Source of the DNA: Acidobacteriaceae bacterium
GTDB taxonomy: Bacteria; Acidobacteriota; Terriglobia; Terriglobales; Acidobacteriaceae
Length of the DNA stretch: 64,000 bases
Direction of reading: 5' to 3'
Assembly: GCA_003134655.1 (NCBI GenBank)
Contig: PLBY01000063.1
Span: 401 to 64,400, forward strand
Shown: in pieces, positions 29,515 to 39,620 of the stretch
How the letters are laid out: each line of letters starts with the position of its first letter
How positions within the stretch are numbered: the first letter of the stretch is position 1
Position numbers and translations under genes: made by a program
Notes under the pieces: model-generated
Seen by the model: only the letters and a program-made list of their open reading frames with translations
What the model was told of the DNA's origin: nothing
Database searches by the model: none

Positions 29515-31449
29515 ATGTGCGGCATCACTGGTGTCATGCAATTTCGGGGCGGAGCGAGGGTTGAGCCTGAGACTCTCCGGCAGATGTGTGCTGCCATGGT
29601 CCATCGTGGGCCAGACGACGAGGGAATTTACACCGATGGTTCCGTCGGGATCGGCATGCGGCGCCTTAGCATCGTGGATCTCGCAACCGGACACCAGCCC
29701 CTCAGCAACGAAGACGGTACGGTCTGGATTGTTTTCAACGGTGAAATCTACAACCATGCCGCCTTGCGCGAGCAGTTGCAGGCCCGTGGTCACCAGTACC
29801 GCACCCACAGCGACACGGAAACCATTATTCATCTGTACGAAGAATACGGGCCAGACTGCGTGCAACAGCTGCGCGGCATGTTTGCCTTCGCCATCTGGGA
29901 CGCCCGCCGCAAACGTCTCTTCATCGCGCGCGACCGGCTGGGCATCAAGCCCCTTTACTACCAGCTGACCTCCCAACAAATGGTTTGGGGCTCAGAGATC
30001 AAAGTGATTCTCGCCTGCCCCGGAACTGGCGCGCAGCTTGATCGCACGGTCCTTCCCGAATATCTGGCGTTCGGATATCTCGCCGGGGAGCAAACCTTCT
30101 ATAGCGGGATTCGCAAGCTGATGCCGGGTCACTGGATGGAGGTTGACCCAAGCGGACAAGTCAGGATTGAGCGCTACTGGGATCTGCCCGTAACGCCAAG
30201 CGAGCGCTCACGCCCCGAGAGTTACTACGTCCAGACCTTCCGGGAAATGCTGGAGCAAGCGGTGAGCAGTCACTTGATGAGTGATGTGCCGCTCGGCGTC
30301 TTTCTCAGTGGCGGTGTCGATTCCAGCGCGGTTGCCGCGTTGATGACCAAGATTCGTCGCGCCCCGGTCGAGACTTTCTCTGTCGGCTATGCCGAGGACG
30401 CATACAGCGAACTGCCATTCGCCCAGGTTGTCGCCAAGCATCTGAATTCGCTTCACCATGAAGTTCTCGTCAGCCAGCAGGATTTCTTCGATACCCTGCC
30501 GCATCTGATCTGGCACGAGGACGAGCCCATCGTTTGGCCCTCCAGCATCCCTCTCTACTTCGTGGCTCAACTGGCGCACGAGCGGGTGAAGGTCGTGCTG
30601 ACCGGCGAAGGAGCCGACGAAACCCTCGCCGGCTATACCCGATATGCATTCACTCTCAAGAATGCGGCCTGGGATCGCATTTATCGCCACATAATCCCCG
30701 GCGCAATCCGCAGCGGAATCCGCAGCTCGATCGCTGATTCAACCTGGATCAGCGCCACCATTCGGCGCAAGCTCTCTCACACCTTCCTGGCCCGCAACGG
30801 CAACTCCTGGGCCTCTTTCTATTTCGATAACTTCTTCTCCGCATTCAGCGAGAGCGATCAAGCCGGCTTACTCACCAACGAGATCCTCAAGGAAGGCACG
30901 GCCGGAACGGCTTATCAGAACGTGCTGGAATACTGGGAACATTCATCGGGCGAGATGCTGCAGCGTCTGCTCTACACCGACATCAAAACTTATCTGGTTG
31001 AACTGCTGATGAAGCAGGACAACATGAGTATGGCCGCCTCGATCGAGAGCCGAGTTCCGTTCCTGGACCATCTCCTGGTGGAGTTTGCCACGAACATCCC
31101 GCAGAATCTTCAGCTAGGAGGATTCGCGGGCAAACGCATTTTGAAAAAAGCCGTCGAAGATCTGCTCCCGCACTCCATCCTTTATCGCCCCAAACTGGGC
31201 TTCCCCACGCCTTGGAGCCGCTGGCTGGCTGGACCGCAGTTGGACGTGATCCGCAAGCTGCTTCTCGAACCGAGGAGCATGGAGCGGGAGCTGTTCCAGC
31301 GTTCCTCCGTGGAGCGGTTATTCGAGGAGCACCGTTCAGCGTATCGCGATCATAGCGACCGCATCTGGCGCCTGCTGAATCTGGAGTTGTGGCACAGAGT
31401 CTGCCTGGAAAAGGAAGATCACCAGCCAATTGCCGCGACAGCGGACTAA
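29515..31449 (+). CDS. Asparagine synthase (glutamine-hydrolysing) family amidotransferase, EPS-locus type
   Basis: MCGI N-terminal nucleophile, FNGEIYN, PP-loop FLSGGVDSS. 644 aa. Confidence 0.9.
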   Translation: MCGITGVMQFRGGARVEPETLRQMCAAMVHRGPDDEGIYTDGSVGIGMRRLSIVDLATGHQPLSNEDGTVWIVFNGEIYNHAALREQLQARGHQYRTHSDTETIIHLYEEYGPDCVQQLRGMFAFAIWDARRKRLFIARDRLGIKPLYYQLTSQQMVWGSEIKVILACPGTGAQLDRTVLPEYLAFGYLAGEQTFYSGIRKLMPGHWMEVDPSGQVRIERYWDLPVTPSERSRPESYYVQTFREMLEQAVSSHLMSDVPLGVFLSGGVDSSAVAALMTKIRRAPVETFSVGYAEDAYSELPFAQVVAKHLNSLHHEVLVSQQDFFDTLPHLIWHEDEPIVWPSSIPLYFVAQLAHERVKVVLTGEGADETLAGYTRYAFTLKNAAWDRIYRHIIPGAIRSGIRSSIADSTWISATIRRKLSHTFLARNGNSWASFYFDNFFSAFSESDQAGLLTNEILKEGTAGTAYQNVLEYWEHSSGEMLQRLLYTDIKTYLVELLMKQDNMSMAASIESRVPFLDHLLVEFATNIPQNLQLGGFAGKRILKKAVEDLLPHSILYRPKLGFPTPWSRWLAGPQLDVIRKLLLEPRSMERELFQRSSVERLFEEHRSAYRDHSDRIWRLLNLELWHRVCLEKEDHQPIAATAD

Positions 31450-33812
31450 CATCCAGAGAAATCCATGCCGCCGTCACCAATCTCCAAAGCCGCTTTCGTT
31501 TCGCCCGACGCCAAGGTTCGATAAACCTCCAACCACTGTTCCCGCACCACGGGCCAGGAGTAGCGTTGGAACTCTTGCTGGGCGTTCGAAACCAGGCAGT
31601 CGGCCAACGCGGAATCATGCAGAACCCGGATTACATTCTGCGCCAGTGCTGCCCAGTCTCCCGGCGGCGAAAGCAAGCCCGTTCGTTCATGCTCAACCAA
31701 GTAGCGCATCCCTTCCGGCTCAGTGGTGACCACAGGCATTCCTGAAGCGAACGCTTCTAAAACGGAAACCGGCATGTTGTCGAGGCGGGAGCCATTGATG
31801 AAGATGTCAGCCTCGTCGTAAAAGCGGCCAATCTCATTGCGCGCGGCAATGCCCTTGAAGTCGACTCCCGTGAGCTTCATTTCCCGCACGAGACTTCGAA
31901 TGTCTCTCTCGAGTGGCCCGCCGCCGACCAGGTCGAGCCGCGCGTCCGGGAATGCTTTTTGTACTTCAGCAAACGCCCGCACTACCACGTCAACGCAGTA
32001 GTACGGATGAAAGCCTCGCGTACACACCAGGTGAGGATGCAGCGGCCGCCGCACTCGAAACGAGAACTGCGATCCATCCACGATGTTTGCGATCGCTTGG
32101 GACGCCAGCCCGAACTCCCCAAGAACGTCGACCAGGTACTCGGAAGGAACCACGAGCCGATCGGTTCCTTTGAGCACCCGGCGCGCAGTGTAGGACCGGC
32201 CCAGATGGTCCCGGCACTCTCCGCTGTGATAGTTGATCAGTGTCTTCTTCCCCCGTAGACGCGCCATCAGCCACGCAGGAAGCGGCGCCAGCAGAAAAGA
32301 TGAATATGAAGCCGAATAGATGTGGGCAACATCCGTGTCTTTCAACTTGCCCCAAAGGGTCAGAGCATACAACGGTTCGCGGATAAGCGTGCGCAAAAGC
32401 GGCACCCGCTCGATCCAGCCCAGCCCGCAAGGAAAACGCGGATCCACAGGCACGAAACGAGCCTCTACATCCGGATCATCCTTCCAATTTTGCATGAGCA
32501 AATCAGCCTGTACCGACTGGCCGCCAACGTAGCGCAAACTGGGAGCAACAAAGGCCACACGAATGCGGAAACCGGAGACGCGATCCGACTGGGACTTGCG
32601 TCCCGAACCGCTGCGCTCACTCCGGCTGGCGAGCACGTCGGAATAAAGCTCACAGTATTGCTCGCGGATTCGCTCAACGCTGAAGTTCTTCTGCGCGAAC
32701 TGACGCGCCCGGTACGACATTTCCCTCCGGAGTTCTTCGTCCGTGAGCACACGCTCTAATCCCTGGGCGAGAGCCTCTTCGTCATTCGGAGAAACCAGCA
32801 GCGCCCGCCCGTCGCCACCGAGTTCATTGTTCCCCCCCACACTGGTCGACACGACCGGTACTCCCGCGGCCATGGATTCCAGAAATACATTCGACAGGCT
32901 TTCCGACGCAGACGGCACCACCGACACATCGAGGCTGGCCAGGATCGCGGGTATATCGCGGCGATCGCCGAGAAAGCGAACCCGGTTCTGCAAGCCGATC
33001 TCGGCGGCTTCCCGCTCCAGTTCCGCGCGCAGCGGACCGTCCCCCACTAGCAGGAATTCCACATTGGAGAATCTCCGCCCCAGGCGCGCCGCCGCTCGCA
33101 GAAAACCGCCCTGGTTCTTGTAACCCGCATTCATCCGGGCAATCATCCCTACCCGAAGAACCCCCTCGCGACGTTCGAAAGCGGCAGTGTTCGCTGCAAA
33201 CGCCTCTGGCGGCAAGCCATTGCCAATTACAATTAGCTTTTTCCCCGGTAGGCCCGCTTGCAAAAGGCGGTCTGCGGCCGCCCTGGAGTTGCACACCACC
33301 CGGTCACACCAGCGGAACATCTCTAGCTGGGCGCGGAACTGCGCGGGCGTCAGGAGATCCCCCAGTTGACGCTGACTGCCGATCACAACCGGAACGCGGG
33401 CCAGCTTTGCGGCTGGAATCATCGTTAAATTCGCGTAAAAGTCGAAGGCGTGAGCTGCCGCGATCTCTGATTTCCGCAGATGCCGCATCAACCGCCAGCG
33501 GCTTCGAATGGATTGCAGTCCATAGAGGCTGCCTCCCAGGCCGAACTGATGCAACTCGCCCAACCCAGCCAGGCCAGGGCCATCGAGAAAAGGCCCTTTC
33601 TTTTGTATGCAACCTAGATCCACCGAACAGCCGCCGCTCTTCAACGAGCGCGCCAGTTCGACGAACTGACGCTCTGTGCCGCCCGTCTCCAGGCTGTTAA
33701 TCATGAGAAAGATGGCACGCGGGAAACCGAGCGAAAGCCGGGAACCGTTTGATTGCGGGGATGAAGGCTGCGTCAGCTCAGCCTTGGATTGATTCTGCGT
33801 GGGCGAACTCAT
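31446..33812 (-). CDS. Tandem double GT4 glycosyltransferase (two complete GT-B modules in one polypeptide)
   Basis: Module 1 SLETGGTERQ...SASESLSNVFLESMAAGVPVV; module 2 VAPSLRYVGGQS...SRLDNMPVSVLEAFASGMPVV (two EX7E-type motifs). ATG 33810-33812 overlaps the upstream stop (ATGA). Confidence 0.85.
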   Translation of the reverse strand: MSSPTQNQSKAELTQPSSPQSNGSRLSLGFPRAIFLMINSLETGGTERQFVELARSLKSGGCSVDLGCIQKKGPFLDGPGLAGLGELHQFGLGGSLYGLQSIRSRWRLMRHLRKSEIAAAHAFDFYANLTMIPAAKLARVPVVIGSQRQLGDLLTPAQFRAQLEMFRWCDRVVCNSRAAADRLLQAGLPGKKLIVIGNGLPPEAFAANTAAFERREGVLRVGMIARMNAGYKNQGGFLRAAARLGRRFSNVEFLLVGDGPLRAELEREAAEIGLQNRVRFLGDRRDIPAILASLDVSVVPSASESLSNVFLESMAAGVPVVSTSVGGNNELGGDGRALLVSPNDEEALAQGLERVLTDEELRREMSYRARQFAQKNFSVERIREQYCELYSDVLASRSERSGSGRKSQSDRVSGFRIRVAFVAPSLRYVGGQSVQADLLMQNWKDDPDVEARFVPVDPRFPCGLGWIERVPLLRTLIREPLYALTLWGKLKDTDVAHIYSASYSSFLLAPLPAWLMARLRGKKTLINYHSGECRDHLGRSYTARRVLKGTDRLVVPSEYLVDVLGEFGLASQAIANIVDGSQFSFRVRRPLHPHLVCTRGFHPYYCVDVVVRAFAEVQKAFPDARLDLVGGGPLERDIRSLVREMKLTGVDFKGIAARNEIGRFYDEADIFINGSRLDNMPVSVLEAFASGMPVVTTEPEGMRYLVEHERTGLLSPPGDWAALAQNVIRVLHDSALADCLVSNAQQEFQRYSWPVVREQWLEVYRTLASGETKAALEIGDGGMDFSGC

Positions 33813-35749
33813 CCGAGGTTCCCCGACGCGCTGGTAACGCCGTACGGCTCGGCACCCCAATCCGTCGTCCGGATTCTCTCCAGAAAGTTGCGGTGCCATA
33901 GTTCAAGGATCAGCAATCGCCAAATTCCGCCGGAGTGGTCGCGGTGTCCCCGAAAGTGCTCGTCCAGCAACCGCCTTACGCCCTCTGGATTGAAGTATCC
34001 CCGTTGCAGAGTGCGAGGCTCCAGCAGAACCGACAGAATCAGGTCCTTCAATTCATGCCGAATCCAGTGCACCAGCGGCAGGGCGAAGCCCTGCTTCGGC
34101 CGGTAAAGCGCCTCGTGCGGTACTCCAACTCGATCCGCCAGCTTGCGCAGAATGTATTTCTGCTGCCCGCCGCGCAGCTTCCACTCCGCTGGCAGTCCCG
34201 TAGCCCATTCCACAAACAAGTGATCGAGTATGGGAACGCGTACCTCCAGCGAGGTTGCCATACTCATTCGATCGACCTTGGTCAGGATGTCGCCAACCAT
34301 GTAGGCTTTCGTATCGACGTACAACATTTGGTCGACCGGGTCCTTCGCCGGAGCCTGATCGAAATACCGGTACATCACGTTCTCCGGATTACCGCCCGTC
34401 CGCAGAATCTCCCGGAACTCGTTGGACAAGAGTGGAATGTCTCTCTCAAACAAAGGAAGGAACGAAATACTGTCCACATAGCGCTCCCGCCAAGGCAGAG
34501 AAACGTTGTACGACAGCCTTCGCCCACGCATGTTCTTTGGCAACCATGGATAAACCCGCTCACGGTACCAACGCCCCGCCCAGCGCGGGACTCGCCCGAA
34601 CACATTTCGGCGAAGATTGATCCCATAGCGATCATATCCCGCGAATATCTCGTCGCCTCCGTCGCCCGACAAGACCACGGTCACGTGCTTCCGGGCCATG
34701 CAGGAAACGTAATAGGTCGGCAACATCGAGGAATCCCCAAACGGTTCCTCCAGCGAGCTGGTCAGCGTCTCGACCGTTTCCAGAATGTTCGGTTCCAGCA
34801 CCAATTCGTGGTGCTCCGTGCCGAAGTGTTTCGCGACAATTCGCGCGTAACGAGCTTCATTGAAATCGTCATGGCCGAACCCAATCGAGAAAGTCTTCAC
34901 CGGTTTGGAGCTTGCCCGTGCCATCAAGGCGACTACCGTGGAGGAGTCGGTTCCTCCGCTCAGCAAAGCGCCAAGAGGAACATCAGATATTAACCGGATC
35001 CGCACCGCTTCGGCGAGCCGCCACTCCATCTCCTCCAGACATTCCTCTTCACTGCGAGGCGGGTGTGTGCCGTATTCCGGCAAGTCCCAATACTGACGAA
35101 CGCGAACCTGGCCTGCTTCGAGCTCAAGCAAGTGTCCGGGAGGCAGCTTTTGAATGGGCAGAAAGGCGGTAATGGGATCGGGAATGTACCCGAAATACAT
35201 GTATTGCAGAAGCGCTTCGTTGTTCACCCTGGCGAGTTCCGGAGCCACCGCAAGAATGGACTTGATCTCGGAGCCAAACAGGAACCGGTTGCCCGCGAGG
35301 GCATAGTGTAACGGCTTCTTCCCGAGACGATCGCGCGCCATCAACAGCTTGCCGCAGCGCTCGTCGTACAAAGCAAACGCAAACATTCCTCGCAGCTTGT
35401 TGATACAGCCGGCACCCAGATCCTCATACAGATGGACGATCACTTCCGTATCGGTGTGGGTGTAAAAGCGGTGGCCGCGTTTTTCGAGTTCGCCACGCAG
35501 CTCGAGAAAATTGTAGATTTCTCCGTTGAAAACAATCCAGATCGTGTTGTCTTCGTTGAAGACCGGCTGGTGCCCACCCGCCAGGTCAATGATGCTGAGC
35601 CGGCGCATGCCCAGTCCGACGCCAGTCTTCACGAAGATCCCCTCGTCGTCGGGACCACGGTGCACGATGGCCTCACACATCCGGTGAATGGTGGCGTTAT
35701 CCACCGCTCCGTCCGAATGAGTTTGAACCATTCCGGCTATGCCGCACAT
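33809..35749 (-). CDS. Asparagine synthase (glutamine-hydrolysing) family amidotransferase, second paralog
   Basis: MCGIAG..., FNGEIYN, PP-loop LLSGGTDSS. 646 aa, colinear with 29515..31449. Confidence 0.9.
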   Translation of the reverse strand: MCGIAGMVQTHSDGAVDNATIHRMCEAIVHRGPDDEGIFVKTGVGLGMRRLSIIDLAGGHQPVFNEDNTIWIVFNGEIYNFLELRGELEKRGHRFYTHTDTEVIVHLYEDLGAGCINKLRGMFAFALYDERCGKLLMARDRLGKKPLHYALAGNRFLFGSEIKSILAVAPELARVNNEALLQYMYFGYIPDPITAFLPIQKLPPGHLLELEAGQVRVRQYWDLPEYGTHPPRSEEECLEEMEWRLAEAVRIRLISDVPLGALLSGGTDSSTVVALMARASSKPVKTFSIGFGHDDFNEARYARIVAKHFGTEHHELVLEPNILETVETLTSSLEEPFGDSSMLPTYYVSCMARKHVTVVLSGDGGDEIFAGYDRYGINLRRNVFGRVPRWAGRWYRERVYPWLPKNMRGRRLSYNVSLPWRERYVDSISFLPLFERDIPLLSNEFREILRTGGNPENVMYRYFDQAPAKDPVDQMLYVDTKAYMVGDILTKVDRMSMATSLEVRVPILDHLFVEWATGLPAEWKLRGGQQKYILRKLADRVGVPHEALYRPKQGFALPLVHWIRHELKDLILSVLLEPRTLQRGYFNPEGVRRLLDEHFRGHRDHSGGIWRLLILELWHRNFLERIRTTDWGAEPYGVTSASGNLG

Positions 35750-35811
35750 GCACTATCCTTTCACAATCGCTTCGGATGCCCCGTCACGTCGGAAATCAGC
35801 AGCGGGCGGAG

Positions 35812-37209
35812 TCATCGCTGGTTCTTGAGCAGAGCGGCAGGTATTCTGGATCGCTCAGCCGGGCCCCCGCGAACCGACGCCAACTCACCTGCCCGGGCCT
35901 GCGCTCTCGACCATCGTCGGGGCCGGTTCGACAAATCGGGCGGGGGATCTTCTGAGTGCTGCTCTTTTTCCTTGGCGATCGCCAACATCACGGAAGTGTA
36001 GGCCACCGCAAAATAAGGAAAGTACTGGTACGCCTCGGGCGCAAACAGTGCCCCCACGATGAATCCGGTCAGAGTCGCGTACAAGGCTCCTGAAAACAGT
36101 TCAATCTCAGGGTCGGAGCTGGGAATTCGGCGCAACCGCCTCAGATTACCGAAGCCACGAGCGAAGAAGAGCAGGTAGAGCACCAAGGAGACAATCCCGC
36201 CCTCCACCGCGATCTGGAGATAGGCGACGTGAACTTCTCGCCACATGCCAGAATACGTCTCGAAATTCCCCGCTCCAATCCCGAGGGGATAGTGCGCAAT
36301 TCCCTGGAGACTCTCGACGATTAGAAGCCGGCGTTGTTCGTAAGAGCCGTAGGCTTTCTGGTCAACCTCGTTTTCAAGATTGTCCCCGGATACGGCAAGG
36401 AAGCGATCTTTTACCTGTCCACCAGCCGCCAGCCCAACCACCAACGTCGCCACTACGGCAGCCGCAATAAGGTGAATCCGTTTCCCTTTGATGCCGAAAA
36501 CCCACAAGCAGACCGCACCCGTGACCAGAAGGTCGATAAATCCACTGCGCGAGGAGGTCATGAACAAGGCCGTGCACATCACCAGCATTGACGCTGCCCA
36601 TGCGGCTTTGCGCGGAATGCTGCGAGTACTCAACAGAAAAGCGAAGCAGAATGGCAGGGAAAGCACGATCGCGAACGCCAGGTCATTGGGATTGGAGTAG
36701 ATTCCTCCAATCACACCTTCCAGCCGGGGATGGGACCGTCCTTTCAGCACGGACACAACGGCAATCACCGCGACCGACGCCGACTGGATAAAAATGATTC
36801 GCCGCAATCTCGCGAAGGTCGTGATCACCAAGAAAGTCAGCACCCACGCGACCAGAGCCTTGGCAAATGCCAGCGTGTTGAAAAACGCCCCCCCCCTCCA
36901 CACCGGAGAGAGCAGCGCGGAAACGAACAGCATACAGATGATTCCGAAAAAATAGATCGCCTCCCTGGGCAGGTCGCGAAACCCTCGCTTGGTTCTCCCC
37001 GCGCTCATCAAAAGCCCCAGCAATGCGAAAATGCCTGAGATCTTTGCCAGAGGGATGTACTTGAGTAAGGGAATCCAGTCCTCTGGCCGGGCACAATAAA
37101 CCAGGTAAAACGCGCTCAGCCAGAAGAACGCCCCCGCCAGCGGCTCGCGTTTCAGTGCGAACCTCTGTGTCCAGCGGGCGCTCGGGCCGTCCTTCTCAAG
37201 AACTGCCAT
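35812..37209 (-). CDS. O-antigen ligase/polymerase-like (Wzy-type) membrane protein
   Basis: 465 aa, about 10-12 TM with a larger periplasmic loop. Position inside the EPS operon fits the PEP-CTERM-locus putative polymerase. Confidence 0.7.
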   Translation of the reverse strand: MAVLEKDGPSARWTQRFALKREPLAGAFFWLSAFYLVYCARPEDWIPLLKYIPLAKISGIFALLGLLMSAGRTKRGFRDLPREAIYFFGIICMLFVSALLSPVWRGGAFFNTLAFAKALVAWVLTFLVITTFARLRRIIFIQSASVAVIAVVSVLKGRSHPRLEGVIGGIYSNPNDLAFAIVLSLPFCFAFLLSTRSIPRKAAWAASMLVMCTALFMTSSRSGFIDLLVTGAVCLWVFGIKGKRIHLIAAAVVATLVVGLAAGGQVKDRFLAVSGDNLENEVDQKAYGSYEQRRLLIVESLQGIAHYPLGIGAGNFETYSGMWREVHVAYLQIAVEGGIVSLVLYLLFFARGFGNLRRLRRIPSSDPEIELFSGALYATLTGFIVGALFAPEAYQYFPYFAVAYTSVMLAIAKEKEQHSEDPPPDLSNRPRRWSRAQARAGELASVRGGPAERSRIPAALLKNQR

Positions 37210-37236
37210 CTGAATGCCTCTCCCCTTTACGACAAC

Positions 37237-38472
37237 TTACGCTTGCTTTAACGTGGCTTGAATCTTCCTTGAGGAATCGCCAATCACTCCCCGCAGGATC
37301 TGCCCAAATTTTGCTCCGATGCGCGGCCAGCCGTACGTTGCCGCGAGTTCGGTAGCTGCCTGCCCCAACCGGCGGCGAGCTTCCGCATCATGCATCAGCG
37401 CAGCGACAGATTTCGCGAAATCTTCCGGCGTGTCGGAAAGAACAATGTCTTTGCCGGAATGAACATCCAGTCCCTCGGCTCCCACCGTGGTTGAGACAAC
37501 TGCCTTGCCCACCGCCATCGCTTCGTAAATCTTGATGCGAGTTCCGCCGCCGATCCTCAGGGGTACCACCACTACCGACGCCTCCCGCAAATGCTCCACG
37601 ACCGACGGAACCCGGCCGGTCACTTCTACCGAAGAACTCGCCAGGGCTTTGACTCTTCGATCGGGATTCCGCCCAACAATTTTGAAGCGCGCTCCCGGAA
37701 TCTTCGCCAGCACCAGTGGCCAAATCTCCGCACAGAAGTGCTTCACCGCATCAACATTCGGTTCCCAGTCCATCGCGCCCACAAACACAACGAGCGATTT
37801 TTCCTGGCCCGGTTGCTGGGCGGGGCAAAACTGTTCGATATCCACACCAGTCGGCACAACGCTCACTCGCTCTGGTGCGACCCATGCAGTCATGATCTCT
37901 TTGTCGTGCTCTGAAACAGCGATGACATGGTCAAACCGCCTGACCGTCTTCTCTTCGTAGCGCCACATCTTGGAGAATTCCATCTTGTACATCAGCTTTT
38001 TCGCAACGCCCGATCCATTCGTCGCGTGGCGTCGCCATATCTCGCTCTCCACATTATGCTGAAACAGCACCGACGGAATGGCGAGGTCGGTGGGAAAATT
38101 AACAGCTGCATCGAGAAAATCGCAGACCACGACATCGGACGACTGCTGCGACAGACAACGATTCAACTGTTGCCGGACCTTGTCCGAGGTGAACCGGCTC
38201 ACCGCATAGGGAGCCGCGTTGGGCAGTCGCCACAAGTAATCTGCGCCGCGGGCCATCATCGAAGCCTGCCGCCGTCCCGTGCTTACGCAAACTGAACCCG
38301 GCAACTGCTCTTGTAGTTTCTCTTCATATTCCGCATCGGCGGGTTCGTCGTAGTACGAAAGGAAAGTCACTTCTTCATGCAAAGCCAACTGGCGGAGGAT
38401 GTTGAATGAACGCAAGTCTCCTCCGCTATGTACTGGGAGAATCTTATTGGCCTTGACCCACAGAATCCTCAT
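37237..38472 (-). CDS. GT4 glycosyltransferase
   Basis: From MRILWVKANKILPVHSGGDLRSFN. C-terminal VPLRIGGGTRIKIYEAMAVGKAVVST (EX7E region). ATG shares one nt with the upstream TGA (TGATG). Confidence 0.85.
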   Translation of the reverse strand: MRILWVKANKILPVHSGGDLRSFNILRQLALHEEVTFLSYYDEPADAEYEEKLQEQLPGSVCVSTGRRQASMMARGADYLWRLPNAAPYAVSRFTSDKVRQQLNRCLSQQSSDVVVCDFLDAAVNFPTDLAIPSVLFQHNVESEIWRRHATNGSGVAKKLMYKMEFSKMWRYEEKTVRRFDHVIAVSEHDKEIMTAWVAPERVSVVPTGVDIEQFCPAQQPGQEKSLVVFVGAMDWEPNVDAVKHFCAEIWPLVLAKIPGARFKIVGRNPDRRVKALASSSVEVTGRVPSVVEHLREASVVVVPLRIGGGTRIKIYEAMAVGKAVVSTTVGAEGLDVHSGKDIVLSDTPEDFAKSVAALMHDAEARRRLGQAATELAATYGWPRIGAKFGQILRGVIGDSSRKIQATLKQA

Positions 38473-39620
38473 CAGAGCTGAATCTCCTTGCGGAGCGGAG
38501 CATGGATCCAGACAGTCTTGTGTCCTGTGACGAAATTCACAAATGCCATCAGCGCGGCCATATTCAACACGGCAAACGTGTAAGCAACTTCGACGATTCT
38601 TGACACCGGACCGAGCTTCCATCCGGTCCATCCCAACACGCTCAAGCAGTAGAACCCCAGCTGCACCCAAAATGCAGCACGGTAAAACGGGCCCGGCAGA
38701 AACGCCGCCGAGATCAATGTAGCAACCAACGCAAAGGGGACCGCCAGCCTCATCAACTTGTGGCTAATGAAGTCGAACCTCAGCGGGTTTTCTCCACGCA
38801 GCAACCAGGGCGCCAGTTGCAGGAGTTGGTAGTTGCCAGTTAACGTGCGCACCTTCCTTCGGAATTCGCGCTCCGCACCGAGGTCGGGACTATCCCAGGC
38901 TCTCGCCCGCTCGTCGAACAAAACCCGGAATCCCTGCCTCGCCACGTTCATCGGAATGAATACGTCATCCAGAATCGTTTCGGCTGGCACTTCGACTACC
39001 AGATCCCGTCGCACCGCGTACAGTGCACCCGTCGCACCGACCACCGACCCAGTGAGCGCTTCCAGTTCCCGCACGCGCTTCTCGATCCGCCAGTACAATC
39101 CCATTCCGCGACCGGTTTCCCCGTTCGTCGGATCTCCCAGCATGAGTTCCCCGCTGACTGCTCCCACTTCAGGGTCGGCAAAATTCTCCATCAGCAGGCG
39201 GACGGCCCCCGGTTCAATCTTCTGCCGCGCATCCGTGAACACGACAATGTCTCCCTGCGCCAGCTTCAGGCCGTCATTCAGTCCCACAGCCTTCCCGCCA
39301 GTCAACTGGTTGAGCACTACCTGCACTTGCGGGTTCTGCGCGTGCTCTCTCAGAATCGCTTCCGTCCCGTCCGTCGATCCATCGGAAATCACCACGATCT
39401 GATAGAGCTCCGCCGGATAATCCAACTCCAGCAGGTTGCGCATCTTCCCCGGCAGAGCGGCTTCTTCGTTGTGAACCACCATGACCACCGAAACCAGCGG
39501 CTCCCCAGCGCCACGCATCGCAGGTCGCGGACGCCACTGCGCGCGCAGCCACAACCAGGCAACGTATCCCGCGTAGGCATAGGCGGTCACAGCGACCGCC
39601 AGCCAGAACACCCACGTCAC
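38472..39620 (-). CDS. GT2 glycosyltransferase with N- and C-terminal TM segments
   Basis: VSVVMVVHNEE, ISDGSTDGT, VVFTDARQ (DxD-like) in GT-A order. GTG start overlaps the upstream stop (GTGA). Confidence 0.85.
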   Translation of the reverse strand: MTWVFWLAVAVTAYAYAGYVAWLWLRAQWRPRPAMRGAGEPLVSVVMVVHNEEAALPGKMRNLLELDYPAELYQIVVISDGSTDGTEAILREHAQNPQVQVVLNQLTGGKAVGLNDGLKLAQGDIVVFTDARQKIEPGAVRLLMENFADPEVGAVSGELMLGDPTNGETGRGMGLYWRIEKRVRELEALTGSVVGATGALYAVRRDLVVEVPAETILDDVFIPMNVARQGFRVLFDERARAWDSPDLGAEREFRRKVRTLTGNYQLLQLAPWLLRGENPLRFDFISHKLMRLAVPFALVATLISAAFLPGPFYRAAFWVQLGFYCLSVLGWTGWKLGPVSRIVEVAYTFAVLNMAALMAFVNFVTGHKTVWIHAPLRKEIQL

